Assembly: GCA_040901675.1 (NCBI GenBank)
Contig: JBBDYJ010000028.1
Span: 35,336 to 99,335 of the forward strand
Source: Pirellulales bacterium
Lineage (GTDB): Bacteria; Planctomycetota; Planctomycetia; Pirellulales; JAICIG01
Reading direction: 5' to 3'
Length of the DNA stretch: 64,000 nucleotides
The notes under the pieces were generated by a model, which had not been told where the DNA came from, did not search any database, and was given only the letters and a program-made list of their open reading frames with translations. This document shows positions 1 to 8,090 of the stretch, piece by piece; within the stretch, counting starts at the first letter, position 1; each line of letters begins with the position of its first letter. A program made the position numbers and the translations under genes.

Positions 1-460
1 TACGATCCTGCTGCTCGGTGAATAACTTCAAGAAGCCCGGCATCAAGCAAAGATTCCACCCGGCCGTAAAGCATTCCGGATCATAAACACGTTCCCATAC
101 ATGCGCGACGTGGTATCCCCGAATCCGGCCCTCCTTGTCTCCGGCCATAAGAAGGCCAGAGAACGAGGCAAAGGCAAGCCTGGCCTTTGTGTTATCGCAG
201 ACCTTCACCGCGCGGCCTTCCCAGACGCTCAGGTCCTTCTTTTGCTTCCCTTTGTGGTGCTCCCGTGACGCACGCACGCAGTCCGGAAACCACGCGGCGC
301 TACGTTTCTTCTCGTAGCGTTGCCGGATGCAATCAGGAGAAAGGAAGTACGTGTGGCGCAGCAGAAATCCCGCAAGGTCCGCTTCACCGCCCTCAAACAG
401 CTCCAGCAGGATGTCCTTTGCCGGCGTCAGATGTCGGGGCTTTGCTTTCATATACGACAT
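1..460 (-). CDS. Hypothetical protein with HNH-like motif, truncated by window edge
   Basis: Not in ORF track. ATG at 460, open frame to position 1: MSYMKAKPRHLTPAKDILLELF...GYHVAHVWERVYDPECFTAGWNLCLMPGFLKLFTEQQDR; purine-rich RBS-like sequence upstream. Confidence 0.65.
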   Translation of the reverse strand, partial: MSYMKAKPRHLTPAKDILLELFEGGEADLAGFLLRHTYFLSPDCIRQRYEKKRSAAWFPDCVRASREHHKGKQKKDLSVWEGRAVKVCDNTKARLAFASFSGLLMAGDKEGRIRGYHVAHVWERVYDPECFTAGWNLCLMPGFLKLFTEQQDR

Positions 461-501
461 GAATTCCCTGCTACCTCCCGGCAAATGGAATAGATTCCGT
501 T

Positions 502-1209
502 CTACTCAAGCTCGCGGAGGTAGATGTTCTTGAAGTAGAGCGTGTTGCCGTGGTTCTGCAGCTCGATCGGCCCGCTGGCGTAGACCGGCTTGTCGCGCTC
601 CCAAAGGTTTTCCAGGACCACGTCGTCCACCACCAGCACGTCGTTCAAGTAGATCGTGACGCGCTCGCCGGCCATCTTGATCTTGAACGTGTTCCACTCG
701 CCCACCGGCTTGTCGGCGATGGTCGCGGGCTTGGAAGGGTTCTCGGGCTTCTGGTTGTTGAACAACCCGCCCGAGCCGACGTCGTTGAGCGCCGGGTCCC
801 AGATCTGCACCTGGGGCGTGCCGCGCAGGTAGATGCCGCTGTCTCCCTTGGGCTCGATCTTCCAGTCGACGTACAGCTCGAAGTCGCCGTAGTCCTTGAC
901 CGTCGACAGGCTGCGACCCTCGCCATCGAACACCAGCACGCCATCGACCGCCTTCCAATGGGCCCGCATGTCCTCGTCGGCCTCCTTCTGGGCCGCTTGC
1001 AACTCCTCCGGGGAGGCCTTGGACCGCTTGGCCGGGTTATCCAAGGGCGACTTCATCACCCCTTTCCAGCCGCTGAGGTCCTTGCCGTTGAACAAGGCCT
1101 TGAATCCCTCGGGCGGCGTGTTGTCGGCCGCCCGGGCGGCCGCGAGCAGCGTGAACACCAGGCAGAAGGCAGCGAGCCGTGTGACGAGAAGCTTGGGCGA
1201 GAGCGTCAT
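502..1209 (-). CDS. DUF1080 / 3-keto-disaccharide hydrolase domain secreted protein
   Basis: Signal peptide; LFNGKDLSGW, GDSGIYLRG, GEWNTFKI, GPIELQNHG motifs. Confidence 0.9.
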   Translation of the reverse strand: MTLSPKLLVTRLAAFCLVFTLLAAARAADNTPPEGFKALFNGKDLSGWKGVMKSPLDNPAKRSKASPEELQAAQKEADEDMRAHWKAVDGVLVFDGEGRSLSTVKDYGDFELYVDWKIEPKGDSGIYLRGTPQVQIWDPALNDVGSGGLFNNQKPENPSKPATIADKPVGEWNTFKIKMAGERVTIYLNDVLVVDDVVLENLWERDKPVYASGPIELQNHGNTLYFKNIYLRELE

Positions 1210-1229
1210 TGATGAAATCTCCGTAGGCG

Positions 1230-1260
1230 GAAGGAGGAAGGCAGAAGGAGGAAGGAGGAA
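1230..1260. repeat. Heptamer tandem tract (GAAGGAG/GAAGGCA)
   Basis: Reverse complement nearly identical at 15890-15920; related tracts at 16307-16345 and 48935-48975. Confidence 0.85.
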
Positions 1261-1294
1261 TAGAACAAGCGGCGGCGGGGGGAACGGACGAACA

Positions 1295-1375
1295 CTGGGG
1301 CACGCTACGACTCGACTGAGCTCGCGACTCGACTGAGCTCGCCGAAGTCCGAAGTCCGCTTTGACCCAGCCACCC
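1295..1375. repeat. REP family A copy containing a self-nested 24-bp insertion
   Basis: CTGGGGCACGCTAC...CGCTTTG..CCAGCCACCC with GACTCGACTGAGCTCGCCGAAGTC inserted twice (1309-1356). Confidence 0.85.
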
Positions 1376-1612
1376 GGTTTTCAAATCTCTAGCCTCCATC
1401 CACCGAGGGTTTGACGTTTATCGTAAGCCGAGCGCCGGGGCCGGGCAAGCATGGCGCGCCGGCCGAGCCGGTCGCCGAGCGACCGGGCCCCCCCGGGGCC
1501 GCCCGGCCGAATAAGTGCGGAGTTTAGTTGAAACGGCCCCTGGAACGGTTACAATCGCGACGGTCAACCTGAACGGTCCCACTTGCCAACTGGCCTCAAG
1601 GAGTCCTCCGCA

Positions 1613-2230
1613 ATGCAGGATCACGAACATCTCGAGCGGCACCAGCCGGGCTTCAGCCGGCGCGCCTTTCTGCGAGGTTCCGGGGCAGCCGCGGCCGCCA
1701 CGGCCCTGGCCACCGGCCCGGGAGTCGCCGAAGCGGACGAACAAAAAACCAAGGTTGTCGGGCCCGGCCCCACCAAGATCAAGCTGACCGTCAACGGCAA
1801 GCCGCACGACCTGGAAGTCGAGCCCCGCATGACATTGCTGGAGGCTCTGCGGTACAAGCTCGATCTGACCGGAGCTAAACCGGTCAGCGACGACGGCTCC
1901 AGCGGCGCCAGCACGGTGATCATCGACGGCAAGCCCCTCAGCGCTGAAAGCACGCTGGCCATCGACTGCGTGAACAAGAAGATCCAGACGGTCGAGAGCC
2001 TCGGCGGCAGCAAGCCCGATCCGGTCGCCAAGGCCTTCGTGCACCAGGATGCCATGCAGTGCGGCTTCTGCACGCCGGGCTTCGTGGTGGCGGTGAGGCA
2101 CTTCCTGGACAAACACCCCAAAGCCACCGAGGCGGAGATTCGCGCGGGGCTCAACGGCAACCTCTGCCGTTGCGGCACCTACGCCAACGTGATCATGGCC
2201 GCCCTCGAGGTGGTGAAAGGAGGCAAGTGA
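1613..2230 (+). CDS. Xanthine dehydrogenase family (2Fe-2S) small subunit, PaoA/YagT-like, Tat signal; N-terminal cluster ligands replaced
   Basis: SRRAFLRG Tat motif; QCGFCTPG and GNLCRCGTY intact; first motif reads KPVSDDGSSGASTV...LSAES. Confidence 0.9.
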   Translation: MQDHEHLERHQPGFSRRAFLRGSGAAAAATALATGPGVAEADEQKTKVVGPGPTKIKLTVNGKPHDLEVEPRMTLLEALRYKLDLTGAKPVSDDGSSGASTVIIDGKPLSAESTLAIDCVNKKIQTVESLGGSKPDPVAKAFVHQDAMQCGFCTPGFVVAVRHFLDKHPKATEAEIRAGLNGNLCRCGTYANVIMAALEVVKGGK

Positions 2231-4446
2231 TGGCTCAATACTCCTGGCCCAAGCGCGGAACGGCCTCGCTGATCGGCACCGAGCAAGACCGGATCGACGG
2301 GCTGCCTAAGGCGACCGGCATGGCCAAGTACGCCTACGACATCAACGCCCCCGAGATGCTTTTCGCCAAGCTGCTCGGCTCGCCGCACGCGCACTGCCGC
2401 ATCAAGTCGATCGACACCAGCGCGGCCGAGAAGGTCCGCGGCGTGAAAGCTGTCAAGACCATGAAGGAGCCGGGCAACGAGATCCGCTGGCAAGGCGACC
2501 ACATTGCCTGCGTGGCGGCCGAGAGCGAAGGGGCCGCCGCCGAGGGCGTGGCCGCCATCAAGGTCGATTACGAGCTGCTCGACGTGTTCGTCAATGAGGA
2601 AGACCTGGAGGCGGCCGAGAGGGCAGGGCGGGCCCAGCCTCTAAAGCCGGACATTAAGACTCCCAACGAGCCAGGCGATGACGACGACGAGGACGAATTC
2701 TACAACATGGAATTCGATCGGCTGTTCAGCGAGGCGGCCGTGGTCGTCGAGGGGTACTACGGCGTCCCAGTGATCAGCCACATGTGCCTGGAGCCGCACG
2801 GCTCGACGTGCGAGTGGAACAGTGACAAGCTGCTCGCGCACCTCTCGACGCAGAACGTTTCGGGCACAGCCAGCCAGTTCGGCGATCCGCTGGGGATCAC
2901 CGCCGACGACGTGACTGTGCACTGCGACTACATCGGCGGGGGGTTCGGCAGCAAGTTCGCTGCCGACGCCTGGGGCGTGATCGCGGCGCAGATCGCCAAG
3001 GAGACTGGGCGCCCGGTCAAGCTGATGCTCGACCGCGACCTGGAATTGAAGATCGCCGGCATCCGCCCCTCGGGATTCATCAAGGTCAAGGCGGGTGCCG
3101 ATTCGGAAGGCAAAGTGACGGTTTGGGACTCGCGGCATTGGGGCACCGCCGGGCCCGGGGCCCCTGGTAACGTCGGCCACGGGATTATCCCTTACGTCTT
3201 CAATCCCCCCAGCATCCGCCGGCAGCAGATTCCGATCCTCACTGATACGGGACCTCACCGTGCCTGGCGCGCGCCAGGACATCCGCAGGCCTGTGCCATG
3301 AGCCAGACGGCCTACGACGACATCGCGGCCAAGCTTGGGATCGACAGCTACGACGTCTTCCTGCGGAACCTGCCCAAACCATCTACCCCCGAGCAGGCGC
3401 ATCGGGACGAAATCTATCGAGGCGAGATGGAGGTTGCCGCTCGGCTGATGGATTGGAAAGCCAAGTGGCATCCGCACGGCAAGGGCAATGCCAAGGGTTC
3501 GATTGTCACCGGCCTGGGGATGGCGCTGCACACCTGGGGCGGCAGCGCGCACAACTCGACGTGCATCATCAAGGTGCACCCAGACGGGGGTGTGGAAACG
3601 TTTTTGGGCAGCCAGGATCTCGGTCCCGGCACCCGCACGGTGATCGCCATGGTGGTGGCCGAGACGTTCGGCCTCCCGATCTCGGCGGTCAAGGTCAACA
3701 TCGGCTCGTCGAGGTATCCCGCCAGCGGCCCGTCAGGGGGCAGCACCACGGTGGGCGGCGTCAGCGAGTCGAACCGCCGCGGGTCGCAGGATGCACTGGA
3801 GCAACTCTTCGCCCTGGTGGCCAAGAAGCTCCAGGTCGAGCCCGCGAGCCTGGAAGCCAAGAAGGGGCGGATCCAGGTGCAAGGCGAGCCGAGCAAGGGC
3901 CTGAGCTGGAAAGAGGCATGCAGCCTGTTGGGCATGAAGCCCTTGGAGGTTCAGGGCAAGTACGAGCGAGGCGCCGAGCCCAGCCCCTTGTCCAGCATCC
4001 AGGTGGGCGGCGTGCAGATGGCCGAAGTGGCCGTCGACCGCGACACGGGCGTCGTCAAGATGAAAAAGTACGTGGCGGTGCAGGACATGGGCTTGATCAT
4101 CAATCGCAAGACGGCCGCCAGCCAGATCTATGGCGCCGTGATAATGGGCATCGCCTATGCCCTGTTCGAAGAACGGATTATGGATCCCAAGACCGGCGCC
4201 TACGTCAACTGCGAGACGGGCGACTACAAGCTGGCGCGGCTGGGCGACGTCGGCGAGATCGTCGTCGAGTTGTACGAGCCCGACAGCGAGTACAAGCGCG
4301 GCGTGGTCGGCCTGGGCGAGCCCCCGGTCATCAGTCCCGGGGCGGCCATCTCCAACGCGGTGGCCAATGCCCTGGGCGTGCGCGTGCCGGTATTGCCATT
4401 GACGCCCAAGCGAGTCCTGGAGGCCCTGGAAGAAGGGAGAGCTTAA
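2230..4446 (+). CDS. Xanthine dehydrogenase family molybdopterin-binding large subunit (PaoC/YagR-like)
   Basis: TGATG coupling to upstream gene; GGGFGSK, WRAPG, QDLGPG, SGGSTT, SQIYG, GLGEPP motifs. Confidence 0.92.
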   Translation: MAQYSWPKRGTASLIGTEQDRIDGLPKATGMAKYAYDINAPEMLFAKLLGSPHAHCRIKSIDTSAAEKVRGVKAVKTMKEPGNEIRWQGDHIACVAAESEGAAAEGVAAIKVDYELLDVFVNEEDLEAAERAGRAQPLKPDIKTPNEPGDDDDEDEFYNMEFDRLFSEAAVVVEGYYGVPVISHMCLEPHGSTCEWNSDKLLAHLSTQNVSGTASQFGDPLGITADDVTVHCDYIGGGFGSKFAADAWGVIAAQIAKETGRPVKLMLDRDLELKIAGIRPSGFIKVKAGADSEGKVTVWDSRHWGTAGPGAPGNVGHGIIPYVFNPPSIRRQQIPILTDTGPHRAWRAPGHPQACAMSQTAYDDIAAKLGIDSYDVFLRNLPKPSTPEQAHRDEIYRGEMEVAARLMDWKAKWHPHGKGNAKGSIVTGLGMALHTWGGSAHNSTCIIKVHPDGGVETFLGSQDLGPGTRTVIAMVVAETFGLPISAVKVNIGSSRYPASGPSGGSTTVGGVSESNRRGSQDALEQLFALVAKKLQVEPASLEAKKGRIQVQGEPSKGLSWKEACSLLGMKPLEVQGKYERGAEPSPLSSIQVGGVQMAEVAVDRDTGVVKMKKYVAVQDMGLIINRKTAASQIYGAVIMGIAYALFEERIMDPKTGAYVNCETGDYKLARLGDVGEIVVELYEPDSEYKRGVVGLGEPPVISPGAAISNAVANALGVRVPVLPLTPKRVLEALEEGRA

Positions 4447-4448
4447 AC

Positions 4449-5438
4449 ATGAAAGCCTTTGAATACGCGGCGCCGCTGTATGAAGCCGATGTGCTCGAAC
4501 TGCTCTCCGCCGAGCCGGGCACAACGGAGATCCTGGCGGGCGGAACCGACCTGATCGGCCTGATGAAAAAGATGATCATCACGCCCGACCGGGTGGTGAA
4601 CATCAAGGAGGTCGCCTCGCTCGGGGGCATCGAGCGCGATTCGCTCGGCGTTACGATCGGGGCCGTCACCACGCTGGACGACATCCTGGAAAGCCCGGAC
4701 CTGGACGACTATCCGGCCCTCAAGCAGGCGATCCGCTGCATCAACAGCCCGCAGATCCAGGCCCAGGGCACGATCGGCGGCGAGCTGTGCCAGCGGCCCC
4801 GCTGCTGGTATTTTCGGCAGGGCGACGGCCTGTTGGCCCAGGCCGGCCGGCTGGTGGCCGAGGGAGAAAACCGCTACCACGCCATCTTGGGCAACTTGGG
4901 GCCGGCCAAGTTCGTGCACGCCTCGCGGCTGGCGCCGGCGCTGTTGGCCGTGGAAGCGAGCGTTCGGATCATCGGCCCCGGCCCCGAGGACGAGACGATC
5001 ATGCCGCTGGCCGACTTCTTCCGCACGCCACGGCACGAGCGTCAGCGGGAGCACGTGCTGGAGCCCAACCAGTTGCTCACGCACATCCTGCTGCCGCCCG
5101 TGGATGGATTCACCAGCGCCAGCTACGAGGTCCGCCACGGCGAAGGGCCCGATTACCCGCTGGTGGCGGCCGCGGCCGCACTGCGGACAACGGGCGGTCT
5201 GGTCACGCAGGCCAACGTGGTCATGGGACACGTCGCGCCGGTCCCCTGGCTCTCGGCGTCAGCGGCCGAAGCGCTGTTGGGCCGCCCGGTGAACGAAGCG
5301 ACGGCCCGCGCGGCCGGCGAGGCGGCCCTCGTCTCGGCCACGCCGCTGTCGGGCAACGGTTACAAGGTGAAACTGGCCCGCGTGGCCGTCCAGCGGGCGG
5401 TGCTGCTGGCCGCCGGGCTCGAAACGGGAGGTTTTTAA
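4449..5438 (+). CDS. Xanthine dehydrogenase family FAD-binding subunit (PaoB/YagS-like)
   Basis: MKAFEYAAP, LAGGTDL, GTIGGELCQRPRCWYFR, NGYKVKL motifs. Confidence 0.9.
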   Translation: MKAFEYAAPLYEADVLELLSAEPGTTEILAGGTDLIGLMKKMIITPDRVVNIKEVASLGGIERDSLGVTIGAVTTLDDILESPDLDDYPALKQAIRCINSPQIQAQGTIGGELCQRPRCWYFRQGDGLLAQAGRLVAEGENRYHAILGNLGPAKFVHASRLAPALLAVEASVRIIGPGPEDETIMPLADFFRTPRHERQREHVLEPNQLLTHILLPPVDGFTSASYEVRHGEGPDYPLVAAAAALRTTGGLVTQANVVMGHVAPVPWLSASAAEALLGRPVNEATARAAGEAALVSATPLSGNGYKVKLARVAVQRAVLLAAGLETGGF

Positions 5439-5442
5439 CACC

Positions 5443-5688
5443 ATGACCATGAGCAACGAATCCAAACCCGTCAACGATCCCAGCGCCACGGAGGCGGCCT
5501 GCCGTTATCTGCGCTCGAAGGGCATGTACGTCACCGGCACCATGGATCCGGCCCGGGACACGGGCGAGATGGGCGACGGCAACTGCTGGTGCAACAAGAC
5601 GCAGAACGTGCTGGGCCCTGACGACGGCCTCGTCGACCGCAAGCTCTGCAGCGCCAGCAGCCGCACGTGCTACCAGGCGGTTCTCTGA
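5443..5688 (+). CDS. Small Cys-rich protein, putative metal-binding
   Basis: Starts 4 nt after FAD subunit stop; CRYLRSK...CWC...GPD...C...RTC (5 Cys in 81 aa). Confidence 0.75.
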   Translation: MTMSNESKPVNDPSATEAACRYLRSKGMYVTGTMDPARDTGEMGDGNCWCNKTQNVLGPDDGLVDRKLCSASSRTCYQAVL

Positions 5689-5972
5689 AGGCAGAGTAAG
5701 CGCGGCGTGGCGATAAGGCGCCGGTTTCGGCGGGCTTTCGCCGTTCGCTTCGTTGCAGCATCGCTCCGTCGGCCGTCACACTTGCCACCCGTCGCTCGTT
5801 GGTCGGCCGCTTCGGCGAGTAGGCGGACCATCGACTGGGGGAGGGTCGGCGCTCGCGATAAAGGGATTCGGCGGCGGGCTAGGCGCCTGCGGCGGCTGGT
5901 CGACCCCCCGCAGTCCCGCCGTGCACGCCGGCCGGGCGCTGGTCATCCGAGGCGGGGAGCTCCGGTCACACC

Positions 5973-6467
5973 ATGAAGTTCAGAGCGGAAGAGTACTATC
6001 AGGCGAGTCTAGAGCGGATGAAGCAAGCCCAACGGCTTTATCAAGATGGAAGGAGTTTTTCGCTGGCGATGTATTGCGGGGGATTGTCCGTGGAATGTCT
6101 CCTACGTGCCTTCCGTTGGACCGAGGATGAGACCTTCGAGGGACGGCACGACTTGTCCGAACTTTTCAAAGCGAGCCGGCTCCTGAAGATCGACGATGAC
6201 TATATGCGGCTCAAAGGCACCCCCGAGGAAGAGATCCGCGAGTCGGCACTGAATCTGCACGCAGCGATGAACGAGGTAAGTGTCTTATGGCACAATAACC
6301 TTCGGTTCGCGTCCGAGGCAAGCCTCAAAGCGTTCTTGAAGCGGATCGGCAGGCTAAAAGGGCTCAAAGGTGACCCGCTAAAGAAGAATACTCTGGACTT
6401 GATTGATGCGGCACAAATAATTGTCAATAGAGGGATCGCACTGTGGACGTCAAAGAGAAAATCATAA
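5973..6467 (+). CDS. HEPN domain protein
   Basis: AMYCGGLSVECLLRA, RHDLSELF and W...LRF pattern typical of HEPN helical proteins. Confidence 0.7.
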   Translation: MKFRAEEYYQASLERMKQAQRLYQDGRSFSLAMYCGGLSVECLLRAFRWTEDETFEGRHDLSELFKASRLLKIDDDYMRLKGTPEEEIRESALNLHAAMNEVSVLWHNNLRFASEASLKAFLKRIGRLKGLKGDPLKKNTLDLIDAAQIIVNRGIALWTSKRKS

Positions 6468-6961
6468 AAGCTTTAGCCAAATCGCTGAGGATCGACTATA
6501 TCCGCTTGGAAGATGACGACGGAATCTCCGGATACGTCGTGTCCTCTCAGTTCAAGGATATGCCCACACTCGCCCGGCAGGAACTGATTGACGACGCTTT
6601 GGGCAATGCACCTGATCCGCTCGCCCCAGATGAGCGACGCCAAGTGCTGATGATTGCGGGACTGACGCCCATAGAGTATGAGGCAGTCGGTGCACCCATT
6701 CGAATCCACAGAATAAAGGAACTACCGGGACCCACCATCGAAGTTTTTCTGCATGGGGGACTATCCGACGCTGAATATGTTCGGGGGGCACTGAACAATC
6801 AGAAAGGCGTCAAGACTACCGAACCGACGCCGGTTCCCGGCGCGCCGGGGGTGCTAATGTCTTTCCGAGCCAAAGGAACTAGAGCGAATCCGCTAACGAA
6901 GCAGAAGGCGATCCGGATCCTGAAGAGCGATGCGTATGTTGCCGTCATGCCGAACGCCTAG
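6443..6961 (+). CDS. Hypothetical protein with BolA-like N-terminal domain
   Basis: VVSSQFKDMPTLARQELIDDAL...LTPIE resembles BolA consensus; overlaps HEPN gene 3' end. Confidence 0.6.
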   Translation: MDVKEKIIKALAKSLRIDYIRLEDDDGISGYVVSSQFKDMPTLARQELIDDALGNAPDPLAPDERRQVLMIAGLTPIEYEAVGAPIRIHRIKELPGPTIEVFLHGGLSDAEYVRGALNNQKGVKTTEPTPVPGAPGVLMSFRAKGTRANPLTKQKAIRILKSDAYVAVMPNA

Positions 6962-6992
6962 TCCGCCGGCACACTGTTGGGCCGCCACTACG

Positions 6993-7775
6993 TTACCTTC
7001 CCAGCAGGTTGCGGCGGCCGAGGGCCAATATCACCCAGAGGGCGCCCCAGGCCTCGCCCGAGTTGATCTTGGAGTGCCCCTTCACGCGATCGACAAACAC
7101 GATCGGCGTTTCGCTGATCCGCGCCCCCAGCCGCTTGAGATGCCAGAGAATCTCTTCCTGGAAAGAATAGCCCTGCGAGAGCAGGCTGCCGAAATCGACC
7201 TGGGCCAGCCGCGACGTGCGGTAACAGCGATAGCCGCCGCTGCAATCCTTGGCCCGCAGCCCCAATAACGATCGCGCGTAAAAGTTCACTGCGCGGCTCA
7301 TCAGGTAACGCTTCAGAGGCCACCCCTCCACGCCGCCGCCCGCCACGTAACGCGAGCCGATCATTACGTCGACCGCCGGCCCCCCCGGCGGCTCCATTCC
7401 CGCGATCAGCTCCGGCAGATAACGCGGATGATGGCTGAAGTCGGCGTCCAGGTTCAGCACGTAGCGGTAGCCGTGCTCGATCGCGTACCGCATCGCTTCC
7501 ACGATCGCCGAGCCGAGCCCCAGCTTGCCCGCGCGGTGCAGGCAACGCACGCGGGGATCCTCGGCCGCCTTCGAATCGCACCAGTCGCCCGTCCCATCCG
7601 GCGAGTTGTCGTCGATCACCAACAGGTCGACGTCCGGCGCGTGGCGGAAGATCTCGTCGACCAGGGCCGGCAGGTTGTCCAGCTCGTTGTAGGTGGCCGT
7701 CGTGATCAGCGTTTTCGCCGCGTTCGCGGCGGTGTGCGGCGCCGCATCCTGAGGAGCTGACAGAGGAGCTGACAT
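6993..7775 (-). CDS. Polyprenol monophosphomannose synthase (GT2)
   Basis: TYNE, IDDNSPDGTG, GKLGLGSA, LDADFSH, GSRY, GYSFQEE; start chosen at ATG 7775. Confidence 0.9.
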   Translation of the reverse strand: MSAPLSAPQDAAPHTAANAAKTLITTATYNELDNLPALVDEIFRHAPDVDLLVIDDNSPDGTGDWCDSKAAEDPRVRCLHRAGKLGLGSAIVEAMRYAIEHGYRYVLNLDADFSHHPRYLPELIAGMEPPGGPAVDVMIGSRYVAGGGVEGWPLKRYLMSRAVNFYARSLLGLRAKDCSGGYRCYRTSRLAQVDFGSLLSQGYSFQEEILWHLKRLGARISETPIVFVDRVKGHSKINSGEAWGALWVILALGRRNLLGR

Positions 7776-8090
7776 AGGCCGGAATCTAGCCTTGCCGCCG
7801 CGGGCGGTAAAGACGGACTGAACGAGCCAACTTGGAGTCGACCGAAAGCGCCCGCGCCTGGATCCCAGCATAAGGCGCTTCTGATCCTAAAATAAGGCAC
7901 TTCGATGGACCCGACCGGCTTGGCGCAGCGGCTCTCCGGCCGGCGGCGGCCGCCTGTCAGCACCGAACCTGGGCCTCGCCAAAGTGTCTAAGGGGCAAAG
8001 CGGGCGACAATCGGGCCACTCGTCTCCCGGCCATTGCCGCGGGCGACTATAATTGCCGCGTCCCGCCTGAAAACGCCCGCCCACAACCGA

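Noticed and set aside
3453..4448. Long N-terminal extensions of ORF-track calls (3453, 2059, 11840, 21964, 10971)
   Set aside because: They overlap real genes in another frame; true starts are set by coupling and motifs
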